A stretch of DNA of 64,000 bases from Lingula anatina (Eukaryota; Animalia; Brachiopoda): positions 9,110,587 through 9,174,586 of the forward strand of contig CM120648.1 of NCBI GenBank assembly GCA_051362555.1, given 5' to 3'. Numbering within the stretch: the stretch's first letter is position 1; the number at the start of each line of letters is the position of its first letter. Below, one piece after another: positions 18,701-33,053 of the stretch. Made by a program: the position numbers and the translations under genes. The notes below the pieces were generated by a model. That model did not search any database. It had not been told where the DNA came from and saw only the letters and a list, made by a program, of their open reading frames with translations.

Positions 18701-21700
18701 ATACGAAGAGTTATTATCCCTTTAACTTTGTTGTTCAGGTGTTCATGACTTATAATATTGGATAAAGATTTTTGGTCGGAGTATTGAAAAAATGATTATA
18801 GCAAGCACACAGTCAATGTACCCTGAATGCAATATCAATATGCTTGACATCTGTCGCGACTGGGAAGTGTTTGTTGTCATTTCTGCCCGAAACCATGCCT
18901 GTGACAACGCCAGATTATTTTCTTGATTATGACTATTTTCCAGACTCGTACAGTTTCAAGGTACTAGTATTTAGATTTATCTGAGTGTCCAAAGCCTGTG
19001 AAGCCAAGGTTTCTTTGGCTGGGGCTTTTGGGTTGGTTTGTTGAAATTTTGCTACACAGGAAGCTTATAAAATGACACAGGCCAGTAGTGATTTTTTCTT
19101 TTTTTGTATGGGATGAATTTGTTCAAGTTTTATGCATTTCTTTTCATATTATTAAGTAGAGTATTGAAAGTATCTAAAAAGGCCAAAGATAAAACAGGAT
19201 GAGTGACTTAACCAGAATATATATAACAAGAGCAGTAAAAGACAAGAACTTTATAGAAGCATTTCAGGAAAGGGCTCTATAAATGGATTGATTTAACCAT
19301 GGATTGAGATAAAGATGAGGAACAGGTCTTCAGGCTGATAGATGGGACTACCAGTGGTTGGATTCTTTAAAAAATGTGACACCTGACATCAAGTTTTGGC
19401 TTATTAGTATCATATTGTTAGATGAAAACTAAGACTGATATTCAACTCTTTTATTTCAGTCGTCCAACGTAGACCAGCAACATGCCGTTATAGAGTACAG
19501 CGACCAAGAGCAGTGCTACGTATTACAGGATTTGAATACAGCGACAGGAACCTATGTCAACGACTGTCGCGTGCAGAATGCTGCAGTCAGACTCGCCCCT
19601 GGTGATGTCGTTCGCTTCGGGTTTAATGGGACGCCTTACGAGCTGCAAATTGATAATACCCAACAGACGGTAAGTAACGCTTCTGGCTCAAAATGGTGTT
19701 TTGATGTTTGCAATTTTTTTTTTCTGTGCTGATAAAATATGGAACAAAGATGTACAGGCAAATTCTGTGTTCTGAATTTTATTTATTTATTTATTTATTT
19801 GGAATGGAGGTGCAGAAATAGATGATGCACAAAATTTAAGTGTATTTGTTGAAACGTTAGAAATTTATGCTGAAAAATGGGCCCAACTTTCTGGGCTATT
19901 ATTGCCTTCAAACTGCTGAGAGAAAGGCAACCCCACAACCAATCAATAATAACCCATTATTATATTAACCATTTGTACAGATGTGATTGATTTATGACAT
20001 TTTGTTCCATTAATTGGAAGCCGAAAGGCAATTCTTATCACTAGGGAAAGATAAATGTGGGTGGGATTTTGTTAATTTATTTCCAGTTTTATCTATTGGG
20101 ATTTGGATTTTATAGGCTCTATTTTAAAAAGCAATTGAGAATTTGATGATAACTAAACATCGGAGAAAATTACGTCATTATTGAATAGGAAATGGGTTAG
20201 GATTGATGAAAAAGATTGGTTTATTTTTATGTTTTACAATTTGTCAAAGGAAAAAAAAGCAATACTACAGCTACTTATACTATGGTATATTTTATTCATT
20301 GGCATTTGTTTTTCACATGTTTTGTATTTTTGTGATTATTTCATTTATTTTTTTAATCATAATAATTCCAGGACTCATTTGAACCAATTGAGGTAAAAAT
20401 GTCTAGCTTCCTTACTGCCTATGAAATTTAAATTAATATGCTTTGTTCCTGAAATCATCTTTGTGATAGGGTATGGTGAGGCGGTTGGGGGGGGGGGGGG
20501 GGGCAAGAAGGGAGGGGGGATATGAGGGGAGGATACAGCTAAAGGGCTCCTTCATTTTTTCTCTAGATGTGCTACAAAATTAATGCATTACATTTTCCAA
20601 AAATCAGCAATATCAGAATGGTTTAATGATGAAATAGACATAGATGGATGGAAATTATGCTTCATTTCTTAAAGCTTGATGAAGAATTATGTGTGCCTTT
20701 CTTAATTTTATTTCTGAAGAAATTAATATGTAGTGATCATTAATGTTTTAGGAATATGAACAATTTTAATAGTACTGTGATTAGAAGCAAATTTGATCTC
20801 AAACAATAGTTGATGTCTAGGCATATAATCTTCTTAGATTCTTTGATCTGTTTGGAGCTATTTGACGTCTAGAATTAGAAAATTCTAGCTAAAACTTTGT
20901 TTTGCCAAAACATTTTGCTTGTCTATTTTCTGAGCTTTGGTAGCAATCTGCTTATATGTTGCCATGGAAACAGGGTTGCTAAATCTTTGCATTCACACGT
21001 TGTAATTACAAAGTTGTAATTTACACCATTGTGTACAGGTATTAATCTATAAATAATAATTATTGATAAACAGATTGTTTTTGAAAATTTTATATATTAA
21101 ATATTCTTTTTCCTAATTTACACCCACCTTTCCCATATAAATTCTATAATTTTACTTTACCCTTTCCAGCCCCAGCCAGGTTACCCAGTGCACCAGCAGA
21201 TGCGCGCAGCATGGACCTCCCCTTATTCCAACCCCGTGCCTACCAGTAGCCTGCCTTATCTAAGCATGCCTTCATCGCAGCCAGTCACCACATGGGTGCC
21301 AACAGGGGGCGCTCCGGGGGCACTTCCCCCTCACCCGCCCCCCAGCACACTGAGACAGAGGCCACTCAGCGCTGGCGCCAGGAGGCCGAGTTACGAGAAT
21401 TTGCAGAGAGTTGGAGCGGCGACTTCTGGAAGCCCCATGGTACAAAATAAAAGTAAGATATTTTGTTTGTGTGATTGATTTATGGGCATTTAATTTGATT
21501 TAATTTTTTTTAAAAATGATATCGACAAGTTTAACACAAATTTTAGTGATATCAAAAAAGTGCTGAATTTTTAATTTTTCATACTTTTCTTACTAGGCAT
21601 AAAATTTGAATCACATTCTGTAGAGTCAATTTCTACACATGCACACACACACACTTTGGTATTTAAGTTTTCATCACAGACTGGAAGGGTTGATAATCTA

Positions 21701-24700
21701 CCGTATATAAATTTTTTGTTACCAAAATATTGTTAAATTTGTTTGTGTGTGTATATATTTATATACATATATTTTTCTTTCAGCTGTAGGCTGGCAAGCC
21801 AGTAGGAGCGCAGGAAGCTCTCCCACCAATGATATTTTACTCCTGCAAGAAAAGGTGACTTTCATTTTTATCAAAGAAAAAAAATAATGTAATTTTGTTG
21901 ACTTGAGTTATACTCTTGAAAGGAGCCTTGATAGAAACTGGAAGTTACATATATGTTATTTGTTCAAGCTGATGGCATAGAATGCTGCTTTGGATACTGC
22001 ATTGTGTAATGCAATCAACTTTCTTTAGTTGAATTTGTTAGATCTGCTTGGTCATAGACAAATAAATTAATGCTCAAATAAATAAATATAATAAACAAAT
22101 TTGAAAAGAGGAGAAATTGTCTAAAACTACATGTAAATGGACAACATTTGTTAAAGAAATTTCATTTTAAGTCAATCACATTCCAAGACAGTCATTTGAC
22201 AATGTAAAAAAAAAAATCATTCATAGAAAAATAAATTCATAATTCTCATTCAATCTTTCAGGAACAAAAAATCATGCGAATGGGAGATGAAATAAATCGG
22301 CTGGCCGCCTTTGAGGCAGAAAACCAGCGTAAAGATCAAGTTATTGCACAACTTCAGGAGGAAAACAACAGACTGCGAGCTATTCAGAACACAGGGGGAG
22401 TTTTTGGAATGGATGCTCAGCTGACACAGAAGTTATTGGAATTGGAAAATGAACTTTCAGCAAAGAAAATTGAAATAGGGCACCTGCGAGATCAGGTAAA
22501 AAACGTACTGTATTTTGAAGTATACTGATAAATGGAGTAACCTGTATTTCATTTATTAAAAAAAATTATGGAGAAGATGAAATGCAATTTGATATATTCT
22601 TAAGTTTTCTTGGTAACATCTTAAAAATATGATCACTGTCAGTCCAGTTTTTTTTTAGAAGGTTTAAAGATGCAATGGTGAGTGCTGAGTAACTTTAGTA
22701 GAAAAAATCTGTGCAATTGTCATGATTTTCAGTAATAAAATGTGATGTTCAGCTCAGCAGTATTTCTGAAAGTTATACTATTTGAAATGCTATGGATGTA
22801 TATGCTGGGGTTTAGTGGCAATGATTTGACACAAGTACTGGCTTAACATGCATCTTTAACTTTGAACTTTAGCTGAACAGACTCCAGCAGGAGGCCGCCT
22901 TCCGGGGTCCGACCACGACTCCGGACGATCTCAAGAACATGAAGAACGAGCTGGAGAGGGTGAAGAAGGATAAGAATATCACCTCTGGTTTGGTCACCCA
23001 GATGCAGAGGGATATGTCTAACAAGGTGAGAGAAACTTATGCTCAGTGACATATTTTATAGTTAAATCTATATGCTGGACTATGTGCTGGCTTTCTGTAT
23101 ATGATTTCTGTGACTTTGATGGCATTGCTAACAATTCCAAAATGTTTCCCCCAAGTTTTTTTTTATTTTTTCGCATGGTGTTAATTCTTTAAAGGAATGA
23201 TTGTCATTGCAAATTCATTGCTACATGTAAAAAATTTATTTGTCCTTCTTTAAAATTTTCATCACAAAATATTACTAAATTTATTTTGATTATTTGTTTG
23301 TTTGTTTTCCTCAGCCAATGGATATAATTTTAATTGCACAAGCGGTGTTAAGCACATCTTTAAAAAAAAAATGGTGTAAATGCATTCTTCCAAAATCGGT
23401 TCAAGAACAGTTTCAAGAGGCTAAAGTTAATTAAAAAGCCTAAAGATTATTTAAAGAAAATAGCTTTCTGTATAGTTTTTACTATTCAATATACACTCCC
23501 TGGGTTGCGTTCAGATAGAAACACATTAAACAACATCCAGCACCCATCTAAGGCATGTTGCCATGGTAACTGATCTAATCAATATTACACTGTGTTGTGT
23601 GTAATTATATCGTCATTGATTGGAATGTTGGTATTAGGAACATTAAGGTTACCCTTCTCAAATTTCATAAAAATCCTCTCATTTATTCTGATATTTTATT
23701 TTTTACGTGTTGTCATTTGTTTATCATTCATCATAATTATGAGAACATTTAAATGAATCCAACCCTCTCTTAGATACTGCTGAATTATTTCAAGATATTG
23801 TTTGAAATGTTATTTGGGGAAAATGAATGAATACTGTTTGTTCAAATTTAGTGAGGAATTACCGTATTGCAATGATATTGTGCGGAAATATCCTTCCCAA
23901 GTTCAATAATACACCAAGAATCGCTATTGATTTTGATACCTACACCTATTATTTCCTTCTGTACTACCTGTATATGTGCAACTGAGGTTGCCCTACAACA
24001 ATTTTTTAAGCAAAAGGCAAATTCCTCAATTATCTAGAAATAAATTTGGAAATGGCCGAAGATACTCAAATGTTTTAAGATGATTAGTACTTAGTGAAGG
24101 TTCTTTTTCATCCAATGAGTAATCTCTGAAGCATTTAGGATCTTGCATTTTACATGTATGCATACAGTGTTCATTTTGCAATCAGAAAAATTACTCCATC
24201 TAATTTTTGATTGTGTATCATAGTCAGAGCCAAGGTCAGGTTATATACAAGGTTCTCTCAAACAATATCTGTCTTTTTAAAGACTTTGAAAACAGTTTTC
24301 CAAATTTTTTTTTTGATTTAGGACAATAATTGATAATTTTTTTTTTTTTAACCAAAATTAGGAAAATAAGTATGAGGTCAATTTGGTGCAGTCCCTTTTT
24401 TCCACATGATTTTTAGCTTTTGAGACCTTCCCCCATTCTTTTCAGGCATTAATTAATACAATTCCCTGTAGTAAGTCTCTCTGGAAATTACTGTTAATGA
24501 TCTATATCTAATTATTTGCTGTGGCCATTACAGGACTCCACCATAAGCCGCCTGACACGAGAGATCGAGAAGTTAAAGAAAGACGTACGTGAGAAAGATG
24601 TACAGATGACAGCAATGTCGGCCAAGGTAGTGCTTTTTCAAACATTATTTTCTCAATTATGAGTTTTATTTAATTGCAGTAGCTAAGAAATACTTGGATT

Positions 24701-27700
24701 GTTTCTGCTGAGCCCTGTTGTAAAAAGAAAAAAAGTGAGGGATTGAAAGTAATAAGCAAGGGGCAAGAAGGAATGAATGAGTTTACAATATGAATGCTTC
24801 ATTTGCTGAATAGAGTTTGTGCATAACTAGTTATAATCTAATATCACTTGGATATTCTTCAATGTTTAATGTATTTTGATTAAGAAAATGAACAAAAAAA
24901 TCTCAGTGCCTGATATAACTTACCCATTTAACAGCCTGGCAGTAAAATGGAGAAAAAATTACTGCTGAAAGCCACTGAAGAGCAGGTAGAAATCTGCAGT
25001 GTTTTTTTTTTTCAAAGATAATGCTTTAGTGCTTATTGTGTGCATTTCAGAGGTTACATCTACCTGCATGTACAGGGTACCATAAGGTTGAAGTGAAATG
25101 AGATTTCTGCAATGATAGTTTCTTCTAAACAACATCTCCCATTTTAACAAACGCCTTCAGTGATGAAGCTGTTACGATTGCTGACTAATTTTTGAGGAAA
25201 CCGTTATTGTTACTTTGAGTGCATATATAACTCTGTTGATGAGAATTCTATGCTGAAATGAGACTTTTGCATGCAAAAATTATTCTTTCATTTGCACCTC
25301 TGTTTGATAAGATGTGATGGTGGAGGGCCCCTGAAATGGTGATCAATACACATTCAACCAGATAGACATTTTAATATTTTACCATGTTACACATCCATAT
25401 TATATGTCTTTAGCCACTTGTCTGAGGCAGTTGACTAGAAGATTGGAAGTGTTAGTAGTAAAATCAGATTCTTCTGTGTTGACATTGAGATACATCCATT
25501 GTTTTATCATTCACCACCTGTACTACTGTATATAAAATTCCCCTGTGGATTAGGCTATTTTGATTCAATCTCACATGATAGTTCCGAGGCCTAACATTCT
25601 GGACAGGTGACCAGAAGTGTAGGCTGAATGTAACCTTTTTTTTTTTCGATCACGTTAAAGTTTTATTTTTAATTCCAGGCTGCCAGATTGAGAGACAGTA
25701 AGAAGGTGGATGAACACTCTGATGCTAGAGACAAGGAATTGATGAGCTTGAGACACGTAAGGGAGCATTTAGATAGACACATCATACTAGTTGGGTCAGT
25801 TCAGCTCTGTGGGGGATCTTACTAAGTGCAATCAGCTTAACTGAATGACACGCCTCCTGGAGGGTAATTGTATCTGGGTCAATTACCCCTTAGCTGCTAG
25901 AGTAGACATCTGACAATTAAGCTGATTCCACTGATTGCACTTTGCAAGAATCCCCGCAGGGTTGAACCAACCCATTTAGACTGTAAATAATTTGCCAATC
26001 TCTAAAAATATTTTAGATAGATTTTAGATTTCTAATTTTTTTTCTAATTTCTACCCAACAGAAATTCAAGGCAGCAGAAAACAAAGTCCAGGACATGAAC
26101 GATTTAGTGAAGTCACTGAAAGAAGAGATCGAGAAGCTGAAGACATCAGTGGGAGAGGAGAAAGAGGGCCAGAAGAAACTACAGGCTGAAGTGGACCACG
26201 GAAAGCAGCAGTACCTGGACATGCAGAGGGCCGAGAGGCTGGTCAGGGTGGACCTGGAACAGGCGACAAAAAGGGTGAGATGATGGTCACTGGTTTCCTT
26301 CCTTTCTTCCTTCCTCCCTCTCTCCTTCCCTCTTTCTTTCCTGCCCCTCTCTCTTTCTCTTCCTTCCTCCTTCCCTTCTTTCCTTATTTAAGACAGTCAT
26401 CTGCACTGGACAGTTAACCCAGACATGCTGAAAACTTTTTTGGAATGGTCGGACATTTGGACCGGCAGTAATGAAAAATGTGCTGGTTTGAATGGATTTT
26501 TGTCGGACCGAAAATCACTATTCGTTTGAGACAGATACTACCAGTACAATTAGGGTAGCTTACTTTGTTTGTGAATGTGTTGGATTTGAAATGGAAGGGA
26601 AAAATCACTTTGGGTTTTATAAAATTTTATTAGTGACGTATGTTGAATGATGACTGTAAATTCAAAATTGCGGCTCTTAAAACTCTTGTCAGTACTTTGG
26701 ACTGACCCAGTCCAATTTTTTACTGGTCCAGACAAATTTTCCCAGTCATGACCGATCGGACCGACAGTTTCAGCATGTCTGGTTAACCAGACTAATTTTG
26801 AATGGTCCAAGCAATTCAAATTGAACTTGTGAAAGGGAGTAACCTCTCGCTATTGTTATTTCATGTTAGAACCAATCAAAATGGTGTGAAATAGAAAATT
26901 GGAAGGAATGCTATGAAATGAGCCTTTTTTAATACCCACAATTTTTATTTGCGTATGTCTTCTTTCTTTTACCTATAGCTGGAGCGCTTCAGAAGCCGAG
27001 TCGTTCAAATAACTTTCTCCACTCCTGGAATAAAAGCCCCAGACGGGGAAATTAGTGATGATGAACTGTTGACAAAATTGAAAAAAGTTGTGGATGACAG
27101 AACAGAATTTCGGAGAAAACTTCAAGACACAAAAGAGTCATTACAAGTTGCAAATACTACAAATAAAGAGGTGGCTGACAGTTTGAAGGCTTTGAAACAA
27201 CATCTCAATGATGCTGAGGTGAGGAAAAAATATTTGTTGTAAACCACAGTTGGTTTTGAATTTGGTAAATATTTACCAATTTGGAACACAACTTATTCAA
27301 AGGTTTGCAATATTTTGAGATGAAATGAAAAGCCATAAACCTTGATGAATATCTTGGAAATAAAAAAAAAATTATTTTGAAATGAATTAGTAAATGAATA
27401 GTAAATGTATCATTTTTGAAATTACCATAATACTATTTTATATATTTTGAACACCAAATGGGCAAAATGCAGTGCATGGTATAAATTATGCAAAAGCTGC
27501 TGTCATTTACCGAGCATCTACCAAGTTGCCAAAATCATCATGTTTATTATTTTTCCTTCAGGGCCGTCTTCGAGACAATGGCCGTCTTGCCCGCCAAATC
27601 AAACAGGAAATCAACCTTCTGCAGTCTGTTGGGGTCGAAGACAGCATGCAGTGGGTAAAAGACAGGGTGGTCGCCTTCATGTCTTCAGAGTTGTCATGGG

Positions 27701-30700
27701 AACAGGACATAGAGAATGCCCTGGAAAGATGTGGGGTCAATGTCAAGGTCTCTACTGATGGTGAGTTACCAGGATGTTGATTTGTGTCGTCTGCTAATGA
27801 AAGCATTATAATGTTTGTATACTTTTGTATTTTGTTGGCTATTAAAAATGAACACAGAATTAACATGAATTAAAAAGTAAAGAGGTGATACAATAGATAA
27901 ATGAATGAATAAATAAATTAATTAAAATGACAAGATAGATAAAAAGTCATATTATTATTGAAATTTTACAGATGTCTTCACCAAATATAGTTTGTTTTTT
28001 TCATTTCATTTCCTTTTGTTTTTCTAAAATTTCAGAACCAGGAAAGCACATCGCCAATCTGTATAACAGATGGGAGTCATCCTTGTCTGAGAAAGAAAAA
28101 CTGAATGCTCAGATTGCTTTACTGGAGACTCAGCACAAGGCAGACATCCTAGAGCATGTGACCAAGGTCAAGGCTGAGATGCAAGACAAGCTTACAGATG
28201 CTGTGGAAAAAGCTAAACTAGAAAGTAAGTTTAGGTGTTTCTCTTTGGGATACGTGCTTTGCTGCAAGGTTGATTTTATTTTCCCACTATAAGAGATGTT
28301 TGGTTTTCATTAAAAAAATTTCATTCACCTTTTCAGAAATTTAAATAATAATTCATTTTAAAGCAAAACATTATGAATAACACCAAACAGAAATTGGAAC
28401 ATGGCAGGTATTGAATTTAAGTTAGATCTTTTAATCAAGAGTTTTTCACATAGCAACCTGTGTGGGTATAAGGCCATTATTGTTCAAGTGACAAACAAAC
28501 CAGTTTTGGTGACCCCTTTTTACATGACAGTGTCACCACACAGCTTCTCTGTTGTTATATAATATGCCACATGGAGACCAAAAAACTGAGACCTGAATAC
28601 TAATGCCTAAACTGCATGCAAATCATACATCAAAGTATTCTTATTCTAATGATTTTCAATAATTTTAAAAGGAAGAATTAGTCACCCCTTTATTTATTCT
28701 CGACCTTTGACTTCCTCTATTGATAATCTATTGATCTGCAGCAGACAGGCTTGATTTTCGACAAAGACGGTCGATACAGGGTACAGTTGTGAATACCTAT
28801 ATTAGTCCCAGTAGCAACAATCGATGCTAAGCAAACAAATCTGATTTCGGTTTGTTTTAGGTGAGGAAAAAATGAATAAAGCCATTGATGAGATACGGAG
28901 TGTGGAGCAAGAAAAACGAGAGAATGCTGTTGAAGCTGAGCGAAAGAAAATAGAAGAGTTACAAGGCACCGTGCAACAACTGAGACAGGTAAGATTGGGG
29001 AGATACAGTGTTGATAAGGTTTGTCAAAGAGTGAGTGGATTAAAAGGGGAGAATGAAAGAATTGGAATATATTATTTGTTACACATTATTTTAGTGTACA
29101 AAATACACCAACTTGAGTAAACAGACTATGACGTATCTCTGACAGCTTTTTAATGATTTTGTAAAAATGACATTGGTAAACTTAATAAATAGATGAATAC
29201 TAGTACTATATTATAATTATACTTTGTATGTTGCAAGTTCAGTGGATTTAGTTATAACTTTTTTCATCAGTTACAATGGATTTGTATGAATGCCCCCATT
29301 ACCAGCTTTCTTTCTTCCTTCAGGTGCATAAAATGAAAAGATAGCAACATACAAACATAAGTTGTGTCATACGTAATCCATATGTTATCCATTGATAGAA
29401 AACTGAAATGTAAAACTAGAGGGTAAAATCCAATGATATCCACTTTATGTGCAGAAAGCGCTGATAAAAAAAAAATTGACTTGAATTAAACATGGCAAGG
29501 TCACATTATATTATATGTACCTGATGCCGACCAATCAGAGTCCGTCCCTTTTAGGTTTTATTTAAATATGAAATCTGCTTATATGAAATTGCAAAGGAAA
29601 TTTATCAAATGCAAACAAAATTTGGTGACTGCAAGTATGAATCAAAAGTTATTTGATTTACTCCAGCAGAAGAAGGTATAATAGTGTAAGTGGGGTCTCA
29701 TTGTTTGTTTGTATTTGTGCAACAGCGACATTGTTGATATTTGCACAAGCGATTAACTGTAAACAGTCCAAGATTGTATTAAAATATTAAAATAAGAAAA
29801 GAAGCTCCAGACAATATTCCAGTACATGCAAAGTATCATGACAAGGTTAAACAAATGTTTTCCACGGTCTGAAACAACACACAAACCCAGGAGTAATATT
29901 GACATAATTCTTTATGTGGAACAAATCCTTTCTTACATAACCCACTGCATAGTATAGCAACATTGTGCATTATATCAGTACCCGGCACAAAAAAGATCAG
30001 GGGTTTGACCCACTGATTTGTTGCAATCAATACTACCTGAGGAGTTGATTAGTATGGGTTAAATGTTTCTATAGATACTGGAAGAGAGTCACTGCGTTGA
30101 ACTGCTTAGTGTGCAACAAACTAGTTACTGTGTGGGCCACGTTAGAGGAGTCTTGCCAAAAATACTTCTTCGGGCCAAGCTGCGTCTTTTTAAAGCAGTG
30201 ATTTTAGCAAAGTTAGCTTAAAAGCAGTTATTTTAGCAGAGTTGACAAGACCATGGATCCACAACTTTAAATCTTAAATTGCTTGAAGGTAGTTTTAAAA
30301 AACTAAGGTCCGATCAACAGCCTAGGATGATTTCCCTGGAACTTACAAGTTGTCAGAAGAATTATCAACAATGTGACGAAAAATTTGCTTGGAATTTTAG
30401 CTGATTTTTGTCAGTTTTGATTCAAAGAATAGCACACAGCGATATTATGATATGAAAGATTATTAGAAATTCATAACTTGTGTCACGATGGACACGGATG
30501 TGTTCCGACTGTGGCATATACATGACAGGGTAAGTCAGGATTGCATAGCCAACAACTTGAAAAAATCCTGGGGTTTTTTTTTATTTTATTTTATTTTATT
30601 TTTTTATTTTTATTTTTTTTTTTTTTGTGAATAGTCCCGACTGGATAAATGGGTTTAAATTTTGATTCAGAGGGAACTTTTCTTTCTCCCCTGAACAGCA

Positions 30701-33011
30701 GCAACAACAACAACAAAAGCTGCCTGGGCCTGGAGCATGTGGATTGGTTTTATGTATTACAAATTAACTTGGTGGGATATTTAGAAATACAGTACATGTG
30801 AAACTTTTTTCTCTTATTTCCAGAATTTGACAGCTAAAGCAGAAGAAGATAAAGAGACATTGGAATCTGCCAAAGAGGCCCTAACACAGGTAGAAGACTA
30901 CAAGAAGTTAGAGGTAAGTAAGGATCTAGAAATTGCATTTGGTATTTAAAAGACTGATTGATTGGTTAATTAAACACAGGGATATTAGGCATTGAGGTTA
31001 TATAAAATTGATAAATTTGTACATGAGGGCAGCCAACCCTAATTTTGAGAAAATCGGATTTTGTTGCTATTTTATTTTCCTGCTTGTCTTTTAAAGTTTG
31101 ACTTTAAAATGCTTATGTGTTAGGATTAGGATTAGATTTGGGAAATAGATGAGTGCATCTGATCCACAAATAAATTCATTCAATATTTCATAATCAAATT
31201 GAAAATAAAATTTGAGGAGGGGGGGAGGGGGGTAACATATGTTGAAGGTAATTTAACATTTCGATATTTCCTTCCCATTTTGACCACTGTTCTTGTCCTG
31301 TGCATTTCACAATCACATCTTTCATGTTTTTTTCTTTTTTAATCTCCAATCATCATTTGACAGTCTTAATTTCAACCTACTGATAATATAAAAAAAGTAC
31401 AAAGATGTCTTTCCACTTACCTTTTTCATTGACTCCATATGAAAAATTGACAAGTTGACATAGAGTGTAATGGATTATTTTATTGATATAGGGATAATAC
31501 AACCTGATTAATTTACTGGTCTCAGCGTGTTTGTATTGAGTCTGCCTTTCATTGGGTGAAGGTAGATAAAAAGTAAATATACTTACGGGGTGTTGCTTGG
31601 TGTCCGATTGTGTTTGTGCGATGGTGTCTGACTTTAGAGTCTGAGAGCCCACTATTGGTATTGTAGATCCTTAATATAGTCAGGGGAAAACATTTTAGCT
31701 TCTATTCAGTCTGTGTTTGAACTCTCCAATTGATGCAGGATATAGATAGGTAAGGATAAGATGGGGACTCTAGATATTACTTTATATCTTGTAGGAAGTA
31801 TACATGTATATTCAGTATATTAGTATGCTATAGGAGTGTTTCAAGATATGACAGTAATCCAACTGCTGGTTATAGCTTTGAGATAAGATATTGCATTTTA
31901 AAGTATAGATAAAGCTTGTTGGTATATACATTTGTACATATGTATGTTTTAAAGCAAGGTTCAGCTTCAGATTTTAAGTCTAAGTTTGGGTCTGATTTTA
32001 TATTCTGGTAAAGTGTAAAATACAAAGGTGATTCATCTAGAGAAGACAGATATTTTGCATTCACCTGAATTAATATAAATAAATCTAAAATATAAACATG
32101 AGGCAGCCCATGTAATTATAATTCAATTTGCAAATTTCTTAGAGTATAGACAGAAAAAAATTAATAACAAAGTGTTTTTTTTTTTGGTTTTTTTTTGAAG
32201 TCTAAGTTTTGCTGGTATTTTGTGGGGGATTTCTTCATTTCTTTTTTTTTCTTTTTTTGACTAAATATTAAATTGTTTGCCTCTGCAGGCCGAGCTTCGT
32301 GACCAGCTAGCAAAACTAGAATCGGAGAAGAATGCAGAGATCGCAGAGCTAAAACTGTCCCGCAGCGACGCAGCAGAGGAGTCGAACAAGGAGGTGACGA
32401 GTTACAAGGAACAGATCAAGCAGCACTCCGTCACCATCTGCGCCATGGAGGAAAGGGTGATGAAACTGACCAAGAAGAACAAGGACTACCAGACTGAAGT
32501 GACCGCTCTGAAGCAACAGATCCAAGGTTGGTGGGCATTTTGTTACAATTTGACCACAGTGGTCAAGTTTTGTCACCTTTGTGGCATTGAATAATTGATA
32601 ATGAAGACTACTTCTTCCCTGACTAGTATATACTTTAAGTTGCTTAAAAGGAAAAAAAAGAGTGAAAGGTAGATCGATCCAGTCTGGTGGCTTATAATGT
32701 TTGTTGGAGAAAGCTTAATATGATACATTAATTATTTGATATAAATATTTGTGCTGTACAACATTCCTTACTCCTGACCAATAGGTACATACTTTATTAT
32801 TTTATGTCTACAAACAAACCTTCACATAATCTAAACCACCATTAGATGTCATCAAACTTGATAATCTTTTATTTAATTATAAATAACACCCGTATCACAC
32901 CATTATATCGAAAAACTGCATCTGATTTAAAGGAGATATGAAAGGGATGGGATGTTGGCATTAAAATAATTGTCAGTTATTGTATTGTGCCGAGATGCAA
33001 TTGCTTGTTGG

Positions 33012-33053
<42 letters not shown>

